A stretch of DNA of 42,139 nucleotides from a virus (taxonomy: Duplodnaviria > Caudoviricetes). The notes below the pieces were generated by a model. It saw nothing but the letters and a program-made list of their open reading frames with translations, made no database searches and had not been told where the DNA came from. How positions within the stretch are numbered: the stretch's first letter is position 1; each line of letters begins with the position of its first letter. Shown piece after piece: positions 16,779 through 25,250 of this stretch. Where the stretch lies: the IMG/VR virus record IMGVR_UViG_3300047272_000369, positions 1 through 42,139 of that record; one strand, 5' to 3'. The translations under genes and the position numbers were made by a program.

Positions 16779-16881
16779 CGAAGATATCTTAAAGATATAT
16801 CGGACCTGCTTCCCCAGAGGGTTGCCGATCCGGGACGAGGATGTCTTGTACTTCGCTCTAGCCTTGCTAGACGAACAGTGA
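16768..16881 (+). CDS. Hypothetical protein (37 aa; not in ORF track)
   Basis: MKTDEDILKIYRTCFPRGLPIRDEDVLYFALALLDEQ; overlaps the upstream stop. Confidence 0.4.
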   Translation: MKTDEDILKIYRTCFPRGLPIRDEDVLYFALALLDEQ

Positions 16882-16891
16882 TATAGTTTTT

Positions 16892-16993
16892 GAAAGCCCG
16901 GCTAGAGGGGGAGTAGCTACCCCCTCGAAAAGTGTTCCCACCTCGCCTGCCGGTGACTTTCTTTCAGGTGGCTGACTGTGAATTAGGTGTGGT
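16892..16993 (+). ncRNA. Structured leader RNA upstream of the replication initiator
   Basis: CCGGC/GCCGG outer stem, AGGGGG/CCCCCU hairpin, loop CCACCU complementary to downstream AGGUGG and to the SD; TGnTATAGT -10 at 16879-16887. Confidence 0.6.
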
Positions 16994-17662
16994 ATGAATC
17001 ACTCTTTTGATGTGGATTTGGCCGTCAAATACGGCCTGCAAGAAGCTATTTTTCTTGAAAATTTACGCTTCTGGATTCTCAAGAACAAGGCTAACCATCG
17101 GCACTTTTATGAAGGCCGTTATTGGACCTACAACAGCGCCAAAGCCTATGCGGATTTATTCCCATATTGGTCTAAACAGCAGGTCGAACGCATCATTGCC
17201 AAGCTGAAGGACATGGGCGTAATTCAGGTTGGACACTTCAGCGCCAACACTTACGACCGTACGAATTGGTACTCCATAAACGAGGAATTGCTTTCATCGA
17301 AATCGATGAATGGACGCCTTCAATTCGATGAATCTACTAATACAGATATAAACCAGATAAAAACTACTAGAAAGCGCAATACAGACAATCCTTTGTTTGA
17401 CGCATTCTGGTCAGCCTATCCCCGGAAGACCAATAAAGGCTTTGCCAAACAGATCTTCCAGAAGTTGTCTGTAGACCAAGCCCTACTAGACAAGATGATT
17501 GCGGCCATCGGTCAGCAGAAAAAGACCGACCAATGGAAGAACCCTCAGTACATCCCTCATCCCAGCACTTGGCTGAACGGGGAGCGCTGGGAGGATGAAC
17601 TGGACTCCACTGCCAAACAAGAGTCCGCAGAAGACCGCCGGAAACGTCTGGCATTTCTGTAA
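16994..17662 (+). CDS. Phage replication initiator / replisome organiser
   Basis: wHTH-like N-terminus (FDVDLAVKYG, GRYWTYNS, LFPYWS) and C-terminal FDAFWSAYPRK...PHPSTWLNGERWEDE; precedes helicase. Confidence 0.85.
   Translation: MNHSFDVDLAVKYGLQEAIFLENLRFWILKNKANHRHFYEGRYWTYNSAKAYADLFPYWSKQQVERIIAKLKDMGVIQVGHFSANTYDRTNWYSINEELLSSKSMNGRLQFDESTNTDINQIKTTRKRNTDNPLFDAFWSAYPRKTNKGFAKQIFQKLSVDQALLDKMIAAIGQQKKTDQWKNPQYIPHPSTWLNGERWEDELDSTAKQESAEDRRKRLAFL
17293..17375. other. Putative lambda-type origin inside the initiator gene
   Basis: TTCATCGA-AA-TCGATGAA palindrome (17293-17310), TCGATGAAT repeated 22 bp later, then an A-rich tract. Confidence 0.5.
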
Positions 17663-17671
17663 GGAATTGAA

Positions 17672-18655
17672 ATGGATTTGCTCAACGAATTGGGAATTGA
17701 CTTTAAAGAGTTCCGGCAGGAGGACGATGCCAAGGCCAAGGTCCGGAACGCATCGCTCTTTTCTGGAGACCTCAAGGCTAAGCTGCGGCAGAAGCAGGCT
17801 GACAATCCGATTGTGTTGCCTTGGCAGCACTACCGGGATGACTTTGCCTTCCGGCCTGGGGAAATGACGCTGTGGGCTGGGCAGAACGGTTCCGGTAAAT
17901 CCCTGGTTACCTCCCAACTGGCTCTGTCCCTAATCGGCCAAGGTCAAAAGGTCACCATTGCGTCTTTCGAGATGAAGCCCGTTAACACCCTCCAGCGGAT
18001 GGCTCGGCAGTGGATCGGTATGAATCCGATGGCGCCTGAGTTCCAGACCTCAGAGGGCCACACCCAGATTGATCACCTGTACGACCAATTCTCCGACTGG
18101 ATTTCCGGCAGGCTGTGGCTGTACGACCAAATGGGCGCTGTAAACAAAGACTTGGTGATCGGAATGTGCCGGTACTCTGCAAAGGAGTTGGGTGTACAAC
18201 ATATCTTCATTGACAACCTAGCGACATGCGTCATGGGGGAGGACGATATGTCCGGCCAGAAGGACTTTGTGTCGGATGTGATCACCATTGCCCGGGATTA
18301 CAACATTCACCTGCACCTGATCCACCACCTGCGCAAACCCATGAATGAGTACGCCATTCCGAACAAGTACGACACCAAGGGTTCGGGTGCGATTGTGGAC
18401 CTTGTAGACAACATGTTCATGGTCTGGCGGAACAAAGAAAAAGAGGATGACATGAAGGACATCGGGGACATGTCTGCAAAGAAGGATGACCCTGACCAAC
18501 TCCTGCTGTGCCGAAAGCAGCGCAACTATGAAGGCTCAGAGAATGGCGAACCCACCATCAAACTCTTTTTCCACAAAGACGCCCAGCAATACTTGGAAGG
18601 CGCAAGGGAAGAGCCCATGGCCTTCTACAACTGGCCTCACACCGCAACAAAGTGA
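17672..18655 (+). CDS. Replicative SF4 helicase (DnaB/T7 gp4-like, no primase domain)
   Basis: GEMTLWAGQNGSGKS Walker A, SFEM, IFIDNL, HHLRK, KGSGAI. Confidence 0.9.
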   Translation: MDLLNELGIDFKEFRQEDDAKAKVRNASLFSGDLKAKLRQKQADNPIVLPWQHYRDDFAFRPGEMTLWAGQNGSGKSLVTSQLALSLIGQGQKVTIASFEMKPVNTLQRMARQWIGMNPMAPEFQTSEGHTQIDHLYDQFSDWISGRLWLYDQMGAVNKDLVIGMCRYSAKELGVQHIFIDNLATCVMGEDDMSGQKDFVSDVITIARDYNIHLHLIHHLRKPMNEYAIPNKYDTKGSGAIVDLVDNMFMVWRNKEKEDDMKDIGDMSAKKDDPDQLLLCRKQRNYEGSENGEPTIKLFFHKDAQQYLEGAREEPMAFYNWPHTATK

Positions 18656-18830
18656 TCGCAGGCAGCTGGAAGAGGGTGAAGCTCGGGTGCTGTACTGCAC
18701 TTGGAAGGTGACCGGGCAGAAGGTGATGACAGAAAAACGGGTAAAAGCGATAAAACGACTTTATGGCCCAGAGGCATTAAATCGCATTCAAAAGTACATG
18801 ATGGAATTGCATAAGGGAGAACTGGAATGA
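18543..18830 (+). CDS. Hypothetical protein, start uncertain
   Basis: Open frame filling the helicase-RusA gap and ending in ATGA overlap; nearest upstream ATG lies inside the helicase, a later GTG is possible. Confidence 0.4.
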   Translation: MANPPSNSFSTKTPSNTWKAQGKSPWPSTTGLTPQQSDRRQLEEGEARVLYCTWKVTGQKVMTEKRVKAIKRLYGPEALNRIQKYMMELHKGELE

Positions 18831-19246
18831 GCGCCAAGATTCTGTACAAACTGTACGGTGAGCCGGTGGCCAAGGGCAGGCCCAGGTTCACCCGGCAGGG
18901 CAGGGCTTACACCCCAGCCAAAACTAAGACCTACGAGGATGAAGTCGCCGTTATGGCCAAAGCGGCCATGCATTGTCTAGAACCGCTTACAACGCCCGTG
19001 GCGGTGTTTGTTTATGTCACCTTTGCCGTGCCTCAAAGTTACTCAAAAAAGCGCAGGGAGGCCTGTTTAGAGGGCTTGGAGAGGCATGTTAAGCGCCCGG
19101 ACCTAGACAACATCGTAAAAGCCATCACTGACGGCATGAATGGAGTGGTCTATGAGGACGATTCTCAGATCGTCAGCCTGCATGCAACCAAGGTTTATGG
19201 CACAGATGCCATGGTGGAAGTGATGGTTACGGAGCAGTTGCCATAG
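18827..19246 (+). CDS. rusA: RusA-family Holliday junction resolvase
   Basis: GEPVAKGRPRF, KRPDLDNIVKAITDGM and DDSQIV motifs. Confidence 0.92.
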   Translation: MSAKILYKLYGEPVAKGRPRFTRQGRAYTPAKTKTYEDEVAVMAKAAMHCLEPLTTPVAVFVYVTFAVPQSYSKKRREACLEGLERHVKRPDLDNIVKAITDGMNGVVYEDDSQIVSLHATKVYGTDAMVEVMVTEQLP

Positions 19247-19287
19247 GGGTTTGCCCTAGTATTCAAGTTTTTCAAGTGGTGTAGACT
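19244..19287 (+). promoter_or_regulatory. Promoter with palindrome TAGGGGTTTGCCCTA and -10 TAGACT
   Basis: Same 23-nt box-to--10 spacing as at 16376-16400; AAAGGA RBS follows. Confidence 0.6.
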
Positions 19288-19306
19288 GGCTAGGAAAGGA
19301 AATGCA

Positions 19307-19690
19307 ATGACACAACATACAAATTTGTATGCTACGCAACCGGAGGTTCTGCGGCTGGCTGATGCGCTGGAGAGCGACGATGGGCACACAGTGTGGCAGT
19401 CCGAACAAGCCGCCGGCGAGCTACGCCGCCTGCACGAAGAGAACAGCAAGCTACGCCGTGAAGTGGCGGCCATATCCGCCAACGCGGTAGACGATGGACG
19501 GGCCATGAGCAAGCTAGAGGCACAACTTGGCGAGGCCGTGTGGAACTACGGCGAGGTCAAGCGCATCAATGCGCAACTGCTGGAGGCGCTGGAACAGGCA
19601 GAGCAGGTCTACGCGCACCTAAAGATGTGGCCCATGCTTGATGTGGCCCGCGCCGCCATCGCCGCCGCCAAATTGCAAGAAAGAAGTTGA
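19307..19690 (+). CDS. Hypothetical coiled-coil protein (AAxELRRLH motif)
   Basis: Strong RBS; shares motif with 24452-24895. Confidence 0.7.
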   Translation: MTQHTNLYATQPEVLRLADALESDDGHTVWQSEQAAGELRRLHEENSKLRREVAAISANAVDDGRAMSKLEAQLGEAVWNYGEVKRINAQLLEALEQAEQVYAHLKMWPMLDVARAAIAAAKLQERS

Positions 19691-19691
19691 C

Positions 19692-20147
19692 ATGAAGACA
19701 TGCCGAAAGTGTTCCGCAGGTTTTGAACCAACAGAGAGACAGTTGCAAAAAGGTGACTATCTTTGCAAGTCATGCAACAGCGTGTACATGAAATCTTATC
19801 GGAAGGCTCGTCAAGCCCAAGGAAATCCGGTGCGTGGCGGCAAAGTGTCTGCCGAAACAAGAGCCAAATGGAATGCTGAGTATTACGCCCAACCCGCAGT
19901 CAAGGCGCGAAGAGCGGAACTTATGCGAGGGTATGCGGCCCAACATGCCGAACGACACGCTGCCCGTCGCAAGGTACGAACCGCCATCGAATCGGGGCGC
20001 ATGTCTCGCCAACCATGTGAAGTATGTGGGCAAGGTAATGCTCACGCGCATCATGATGATTACATGAGGCCATTGGATGTGCGCTGGCTTTGTCACCCAC
20101 ACCATGTGGATCATCACAGAAACGCCGCAGCCAAGGGGGAAGCATGA
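19692..20147 (+). CDS. HNH-like zinc-binding endonuclease
   Basis: CRKC, CKSC, CEVCG...AHAHHDDY.RPLDVRWLC..HH. Confidence 0.75.
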   Translation: MKTCRKCSAGFEPTERQLQKGDYLCKSCNSVYMKSYRKARQAQGNPVRGGKVSAETRAKWNAEYYAQPAVKARRAELMRGYAAQHAERHAARRKVRTAIESGRMSRQPCEVCGQGNAHAHHDDYMRPLDVRWLCHPHHVDHHRNAAAKGEA

Positions 20148-20425
20148 CCAGCGACGACATCATCCGCATGGCCCACGAAGCGAACCTGCACGTCATCGAT
20201 GAAGAAGATGCGGCGTTTCTGGAAGCCTTTGCCGCCCTTATCCGCGAACATCTGCTTTCCACCGAGATTCATTCCTGCCACGCCGACTGCCAGCGGTTTG
20301 CCTGTGTGCAGACGCGAAAAGCGGTGGAGGCCGAGCGCGAAGCGATCCTGCAAATGAGTCAATCGCAATGGTTCAAGACCCAAGCCGACTTTGAAGCCGC
20401 CATCCGCGCAAGGGGGCAGCATTGA
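20144..20425 (+). CDS. Hypothetical nin-region-like protein
   Basis: DDIIRMAHEA...EAEREA...AAIRARG; ATGA coupling. Confidence 0.65.
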   Translation: MTSDDIIRMAHEANLHVIDEEDAAFLEAFAALIREHLLSTEIHSCHADCQRFACVQTRKAVEAEREAILQMSQSQWFKTQADFEAAIRARGQH

Positions 20426-20898
20426 AAAAGCGCAGTAAATACCGTCCCAAGGGCATTCGGCTGGATAACTTATCCTGGGTCAAGGCAGGTCTGCAGCGGG
20501 TGGGAACCCTACCTCAAGCAGGTGTGGCCCTGAAGCTGAAGAACCATGAGGCGCTGGACAGTGTGCGGACTGGCCATGCAAATAGAGATCATATAGATGT
20601 ACTAATCGCTGCATTTAATGTGGCGGAGGCACTTTTGAGGCTCAATCCGGACCTTGGTGAGCCCCATGCTGCTGACATTACCAAAGCCCAAGACGCCCTG
20701 TTTACCATGGGACAGCGCTATGCCAAGACTGGTAGCTTTGTCTTTACTGGTCCGGAACTGATGGCTGTCAGGTACGGGATGGAAATCCATGATGCCCAGC
20801 TGGACCAATGCACGGTCCGTGAGATGGAGCATGCAATTGATTTTGTAAACAAAGAGGTTATGGCCAAAAAAGCCAGACCTATTATGGAGCCTGCATGA
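20422..20898 (+). CDS. Hypothetical conserved phage protein (158 aa)
   Basis: TTG start overlapping the upstream stop; KRSKYRPK N-terminus. Confidence 0.65.
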   Translation: MKKRSKYRPKGIRLDNLSWVKAGLQRVGTLPQAGVALKLKNHEALDSVRTGHANRDHIDVLIAAFNVAEALLRLNPDLGEPHAADITKAQDALFTMGQRYAKTGSFVFTGPELMAVRYGMEIHDAQLDQCTVREMEHAIDFVNKEVMAKKARPIMEPA

Positions 20899-21605
20899 CC
20901 ACTCAACTTGTGCGTAGCACCATGAAGATGATGGTGGATGGTGGTATTGATCCTGTTGAGTTGATTTGGTTTGACATGACAGGCGCGATTACGGATACGC
21001 AAAAAGCAAATTTAGATCCGTTGATGACACATCGTCCGCCATTTGAAAAATGCTGTGTAGTTTGGCAAGGTGCTACGCGCAGTCATCAGAGCTATGAAGT
21101 GTTGATGCTGGTGGCCGGGACAGATCCTGCAGACGGCATCATGGTTTCAATGTGGAAAGGACCCAGTGGTCGGATGCCACAAAAAATGGCGCCTATGTTT
21201 TATTTCATTGAAGACGGCAACATTCGTTATGGCGCTGTAGAAGATACTGAGCCTGTCGAGAAAGAGATTGCTGAGCTGATGTTGGCCGCAATAGCTGGTT
21301 GGTATGCTTTGATGGACAAGGGTGTTGCATCATATGCACCAATTCCAAAAAGCAGTTTTACTAATCGTCGCAAAATGGCCGCAGGCAAGATGCCGACATT
21401 TGATTGGAAGACTGTTTTTATTGAACCTGCGCAACCGCGTTCTGAGCACCAAGGCGGCACTCATGCTTCGCCTCGGGTTCATGACCGCCGAGGGCATGTC
21501 CGTCGCTACAAGACCGGCAAGTGTATTTGGGTTAAACCTCACAAAGTTGGTGATGCAACCAAAGGCGCGGTGTTTCACGATTATGCTTTTAAGGTGACGG
21601 CATGA
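20895..21605 (+). CDS. Hypothetical protein with C-terminal H-x-RRGH motif
   Basis: HASPRVHDRRGHVRR...IWVKPHKVG; ATGA coupling at both ends. Confidence 0.7.
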   Translation: MTTQLVRSTMKMMVDGGIDPVELIWFDMTGAITDTQKANLDPLMTHRPPFEKCCVVWQGATRSHQSYEVLMLVAGTDPADGIMVSMWKGPSGRMPQKMAPMFYFIEDGNIRYGAVEDTEPVEKEIAELMLAAIAGWYALMDKGVASYAPIPKSSFTNRRKMAAGKMPTFDWKTVFIEPAQPRSEHQGGTHASPRVHDRRGHVRRYKTGKCIWVKPHKVGDATKGAVFHDYAFKVTA

Positions 21606-21898
21606 GTACGCTTGAAGACCCATTTGACTACCCAGAGCCCTTCAAACCTAAAGACATCCCTGGGAAAGCAGAGGAGCTACGGGAGAAACGCAGGGCCTAC
21701 AGGGCTAAGAAGCTAGGCAGGGCCATAGGCAAGCATGGAGGCTACCGACCAGGAGCAGGCAGGCCTAGAGTGCGCAACTACACGCACATTGCCTATGTCA
21801 TGCTGGACAGCATTCAGGTCAAACTGCTGGAGGACTTGGGGCAGGGAGACATCAACAAGGGAATCCAAGCCGCTATTGAAAGGTTTACCGATGGGTAA
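21602..21898 (+). CDS. Putative small DNA-binding protein
   Basis: Basic; HGGYRPGAGRP motif followed by a strand-helix-helix-like segment. Confidence 0.6.
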   Translation: MSTLEDPFDYPEPFKPKDIPGKAEELREKRRAYRAKKLGRAIGKHGGYRPGAGRPRVRNYTHIAYVMLDSIQVKLLEDLGQGDINKGIQAAIERFTDG

Positions 21899-22106
21899 GG
21901 GATCTGCTCCAAGAAAGTTTAGTGTCGATCATCAGACCTTCAGTTCCAACTGGGACAATATTTTTGGGAAACGCAATGGAAACGAATCAGGCAGACAAAG
22001 CGATCAGGTACATCATGGAGAACGCACCGCTGTTCGCTCAGGCGAAGGCCAACCGGGTGTTCATCGAGAACTACCTGCGGACGGTGAAAAGCCGGCTAAT
22101 GAATGA
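21891..22106 (+). CDS. Hypothetical protein (MGKGSAPR...WDNIFGK)
   Basis: AAAGG RBS; recognisable short phage motif; tail overlaps the next gene extensively. Confidence 0.4.
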   Translation: MGKGSAPRKFSVDHQTFSSNWDNIFGKRNGNESGRQSDQVHHGERTAVRSGEGQPGVHRELPADGEKPANE

Positions 22107-22299
22107 TGAGGCTGGTACTCTGGGTGCCAAGGAAGCCTATGCCTATGCCCATGCAGACTATGTGACCCAGCTGGAAGGCTTGAAGGTCGCAACTGAGGAA
22201 GAGGAGCGATTGCGCTACATGCTGCTAGCCGCTCAAGCACGAATTGAAGTCTGGAAGACCCAGGAATACACCAAACGACAAGAATTGAAGAATTTGTAA
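21976..22299 (+). CDS. Helical hypothetical protein (107 aa)
   Basis: AQAKANRVFIE...EAYAYAH..Y...RIEVWKT conserved-looking pattern. Confidence 0.65.
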   Translation: METNQADKAIRYIMENAPLFAQAKANRVFIENYLRTVKSRLMNDEAGTLGAKEAYAYAHADYVTQLEGLKVATEEEERLRYMLLAAQARIEVWKTQEYTKRQELKNL

Positions 22300-22808
22300 T
22301 GGCTAAACCTCAAACAATCCACACAATTGAATCGCTACTAGCTCGTACTGTGGAAATGGGCACTTGCATGGAATGGACTGGATCTTTGCGCAATCACACT
22401 CCGATGGTGTTTCACAATGGCAAGATGAAGTCGGTTCGCAGAATCATTTGTGCCCTGCAAAACCGCACGGTCCCTGCTGGCTACTTTGTCAGCAATTCTT
22501 GTGGTGATCCGAAGTGCATTCACCCGTCCCATATTGTCTTTCGCAGTCCCAGCGCTCATGCCAAGGTAATGTGCAAGGCTATCGACTATCAGAACCCGAC
22601 TCGGCGCATCAAGCTGGCAGAGAGTGCCCAAGTCCGACGCAAGTTGACTGATGAGCAGCTACAGACCATCCTGAGTGGAGAGCAAAGCTGCACGACTTTG
22701 GCCAAAGAATTTAAGGTCAACAAGGCTGTCATTGCCAAGGTCCGCAGGGGTGAGGCTCACTGCATGACCATTGCCCGCAACAATCCATTCTGGAGTTTGT
22801 ATGGATAA
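22299..22808 (+). CDS. HNH-like (His-Cys box) protein with C-terminal HTH, possibly catalytically degenerate
   Basis: CMEWTG, NSCGDPKCIHPSH, RKLTDEQ...LAKEFKV. Confidence 0.65.
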   Translation: MAKPQTIHTIESLLARTVEMGTCMEWTGSLRNHTPMVFHNGKMKSVRRIICALQNRTVPAGYFVSNSCGDPKCIHPSHIVFRSPSAHAKVMCKAIDYQNPTRRIKLAESAQVRRKLTDEQLQTILSGEQSCTTLAKEFKVNKAVIAKVRRGEAHCMTIARNNPFWSLYG

Positions 22809-22980
22809 AGCCAGTCTGGAGGAATTAGAGAAAACCCTGATTGCGGCCATCAACGGAAACGACGAGGATGACATCTACATCGCTATCGGCTTTAAGGGTC
22901 TGGTGCGATTGTGTGATGCCCTTGTCTCCGTTCGTGGAGCAATCAACGCAAAGGAAGAGCAATCATGGTTTTTTTCTTAG
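22801..22980 (+). CDS. Hypothetical protein (59 aa)
   Basis: GGAG RBS; tiles operon. Confidence 0.5.
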   Translation: MDKASLEELEKTLIAAINGNDEDDIYIAIGFKGLVRLCDALVSVRGAINAKEEQSWFFS

Positions 22981-23162
22981 GCTTTGTCTGTGGGATCGTG
23001 TTGGGCTCATGCCTGTCTTGGCTGGCATTGGCCTACATGTTCCCTGTAGACATTGAAGAAGCAGGGGTCAGCATGTTTAAGACAATGCAACCGCATTGCT
23101 GTAACCATAACTGTGATCAGGGCCGAAACTGTATATTGGACAGAGAAGATGCAAAGCGATAA
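22965..23162 (+). CDS. Membrane-anchored protein with CCNHNCDQGRNC motif
   Basis: N-terminal TM; Cys-rich tail. Confidence 0.55.
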   Translation: MVFFLGFVCGIVLGSCLSWLALAYMFPVDIEEAGVSMFKTMQPHCCNHNCDQGRNCILDREDAKR

Positions 23163-23253
23163 CTGGCCCTTCCCCCCGCCCGGATTCCACCATCCCAAGC
23201 CTGGGGAGCGGGTTCCGCTTGGCGATGATGATTATGAGGATGCATTGCTATGA
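23149..23253 (+). CDS. Hypothetical protein (34 aa)
   Basis: NWPFPP...YEDALL; ATGA coupling to the next gene. Confidence 0.45.
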   Translation: MQSDNWPFPPPGFHHPKPGERVPLGDDDYEDALL

Positions 23254-23777
23254 GCATTGAAGTAATGACGCAGGCGCTGGAGTACACGCGGCCCGGAGCC
23301 ATCGTGCCTGTTACTCCAGAGACCGTGAAGATATTGGTAGACGCCCTGCGTCTTGCCATTGAGCAGGCTGAGAAGCAGGAAGCATGGAAGACCAGCGACA
23401 CAGCGTATCGGCCCGAAGGACTGCCGCAAGACTTCACCAAGCACGAAGTTGACTCGTTTGACGACTGGTCAGAGTGGGTCTGCCCTGACCCAACGCAATA
23501 CTTCATGAAGTGCTGTGAATGCGGCTTGGTGCATGAGATGCAGTTCAATATCGTCAAGTACTCGAAGGGCGATGAGTGTGAGGACTTTGATGACCCATAT
23601 GTGCAGGCTGTTTTTAGGGCGCGAAGAACCACCACACCCGCAGCACAGCGCCAGTGGGTTGGGCTGACGGATGAGGACTTTGAAAACGCTTTTCAAGAGA
23701 CATACATCATGGGGGATAGCGATCTTCAAGACTTTGCCAAAGTCATCGAAGCCAAACTCAAGGAGAAGAACACATGA
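23250..23777 (+). CDS. Mosaic hypothetical protein with CCECGLVH motif
   Basis: YFMKCCECGLVHEMQF; QWVGLTDED...IEAKLKEKNT tail. Confidence 0.7.
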   Translation: MSIEVMTQALEYTRPGAIVPVTPETVKILVDALRLAIEQAEKQEAWKTSDTAYRPEGLPQDFTKHEVDSFDDWSEWVCPDPTQYFMKCCECGLVHEMQFNIVKYSKGDECEDFDDPYVQAVFRARRTTTPAAQRQWVGLTDEDFENAFQETYIMGDSDLQDFAKVIEAKLKEKNT

Positions 23778-24010
23778 CCACACACATCACAAAGACATGG
23801 TTCGATGGCGAGAAAGTAGTGACGCAGGAAATCCTTGAGTCTGGAGTTTACAAGCAGGAGCCGGTGGCGTGGGAGGATGTGCTTGGGGCTATTGCCCGTG
23901 GCTGGGCGCACCCAGAAAACGCACGAAAGCCGATGGACGTTCAGCTTGCCGTCGCTATCGCCAAAGAGATTCAAGACATGTACACCACCCCACCCGCAGC
24001 ACAGCGCCAG
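23635..24010 (+). repeat. 20-bp direct repeat CACCCGCAGCACAGCGCCAG (23635-23654 and 23991-24010)
   Basis: Exact match in two adjacent genes, each followed shortly by GCTGACGGA. Confidence 0.85.
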
Positions 24011-24136
24011 CCGCTGACGGAGGAGGAGATGGAACTGCTGTGGAGCACGACAAATCGCCATGAACACTTTTTCGGCCAACACTTGGATTTCGCCCGCGCC
24101 ATCGAGCGCAAGCACGGGATCGGGGGTGGGGAATGA
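23774..24136 (+). CDS. Mosaic hypothetical protein
   Basis: QEPVAW, YTTPPAAQRQPLTEEE and FARAIERKHGIG motifs. Confidence 0.7.
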   Translation: MTTHITKTWFDGEKVVTQEILESGVYKQEPVAWEDVLGAIARGWAHPENARKPMDVQLAVAIAKEIQDMYTTPPAAQRQPLTEEEMELLWSTTNRHEHFFGQHLDFARAIERKHGIGGGE

Positions 24137-24330
24137 AGTTCATTGAGCGACTGCTATGCGTCTTATTCGGCCACCGCTACGTGGTGCATCGTGTATTCAA
24201 TCCTGGGGCAAGACAGGTCGGCTGCACTCGGTGCAATCGCGTGTGGGCCATGCATGACGGAACCCGATCATTCGTTCCTTGGGATGGTGACTTTGAGGCA
24301 ATGTATCGCCGCCACGGAGAATGGAAATGA
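24133..24330 (+). CDS. Small zinc-binding phage protein (DUF1660-like)
   Basis: LLCVLFGHRY...CTRC. Confidence 0.6.
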   Translation: MKFIERLLCVLFGHRYVVHRVFNPGARQVGCTRCNRVWAMHDGTRSFVPWDGDFEAMYRRHGEWK

Positions 24331-24455
24331 AAGAGTTTTTTGCCGTCGTCGGCTGTTTTCACTTGATGTTGTTCGTCCTTGGCGCGGTCAACTTGATTGA
24401 CTACCACGTCTGCATCAAGGCGCCGGGCGAGTGCCACATTGAGGAGAAGAAATGA
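24327..24455 (+). CDS. Small hydrophobic protein (42 aa; not in ORF track)
   Basis: MKEFFAVVGCFHLMLFVLGAVNLIDYHVCIKAPGECHIEEKK; ATGA overlaps at both ends. Confidence 0.6.
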   Translation: MKEFFAVVGCFHLMLFVLGAVNLIDYHVCIKAPGECHIEEKK

Positions 24456-24895
24456 AAACCGGATGGCCTCCGGGGATGCTGCAAGACGACGACAACAGGC
24501 TGTCTCGCTGGTTGGCAAACCGACCCGGTGCCCGCTACCAAGTAAGGAAGAACATGACTGAACAACAACCCGAAGCCATTTTGGTTGCAGAACGGCTTGA
24601 GCGGTTTTATCAGGAGGCCCAATCTCCGCTGGCCCGAGACGCCGCCGCCGAACTGCGCCGATTGCACAGCGTGAACGCTGGCCTACTTAACCAAAACACC
24701 GAGCTAGACAAGAAATTGGCCGAGTTGGAAGCTGAAGGTCTGGAACAGGCCCGCATCATTGGGATGAGTGCAGAACGTGAATTGCGACTGATGGCCCAAG
24801 TGGATGAGCTAGAACGAGCATTGGGCATAGCAGGAAAAGCCTTGCGTCTGTCTATTGAGTGCCACCGCTGTGGAAGGTATATAGCCGATGTATAG
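24452..24895 (+). CDS. Hypothetical coiled-coil protein; possible internal start at 24554
   Basis: GAGGAG RBS; second AAGGA RBS before MTEQQPEA; AAAELRRLH motif. Confidence 0.6.
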   Translation: MKTGWPPGMLQDDDNRLSRWLANRPGARYQVRKNMTEQQPEAILVAERLERFYQEAQSPLARDAAAELRRLHSVNAGLLNQNTELDKKLAELEAEGLEQARIIGMSAERELRLMAQVDELERALGIAGKALRLSIECHRCGRYIADV

Positions 24896-25250
24896 AGATC
24901 GACACCTGTTGGACCTAGCCCAAGGGCAGGAATGCCTGCTGAACATCTCCCAAAAGTGCGCTAGGGATGAAGGATCAACCACAGTAGCTTGTCACGACAA
25001 CAGTCTGCAGGCAGGTAAGGGCATGTCTCTTAAGGCTGATGACTCCAACTCTGTTTGGGGCTGCTACTGGTGCCACTCCCTATTCGACCAGGGTCACATT
25101 GATTTGGACGATAAGCGGGCTATGTTCAAAGAGGCATACACCCGGCAGATAGACGAATGGCTTAAAATAGCCCAGAATCCCTGTCTAAAGCCATGGCGAG
25201 TGGAAGCTGCCAGGAATGTCCTAGATCATATTGGAGTGCCTTATGAATGA
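24888..25250 (+). CDS. DUF1364/YbcO-like zinc-binding putative nuclease
   Basis: AQGQECLL...C...TTVACH...GKGMSLKADD...GCYWCH. Confidence 0.75.
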   Translation: MYRDRHLLDLAQGQECLLNISQKCARDEGSTTVACHDNSLQAGKGMSLKADDSNSVWGCYWCHSLFDQGHIDLDDKRAMFKEAYTRQIDEWLKIAQNPCLKPWRVEAARNVLDHIGVPYE

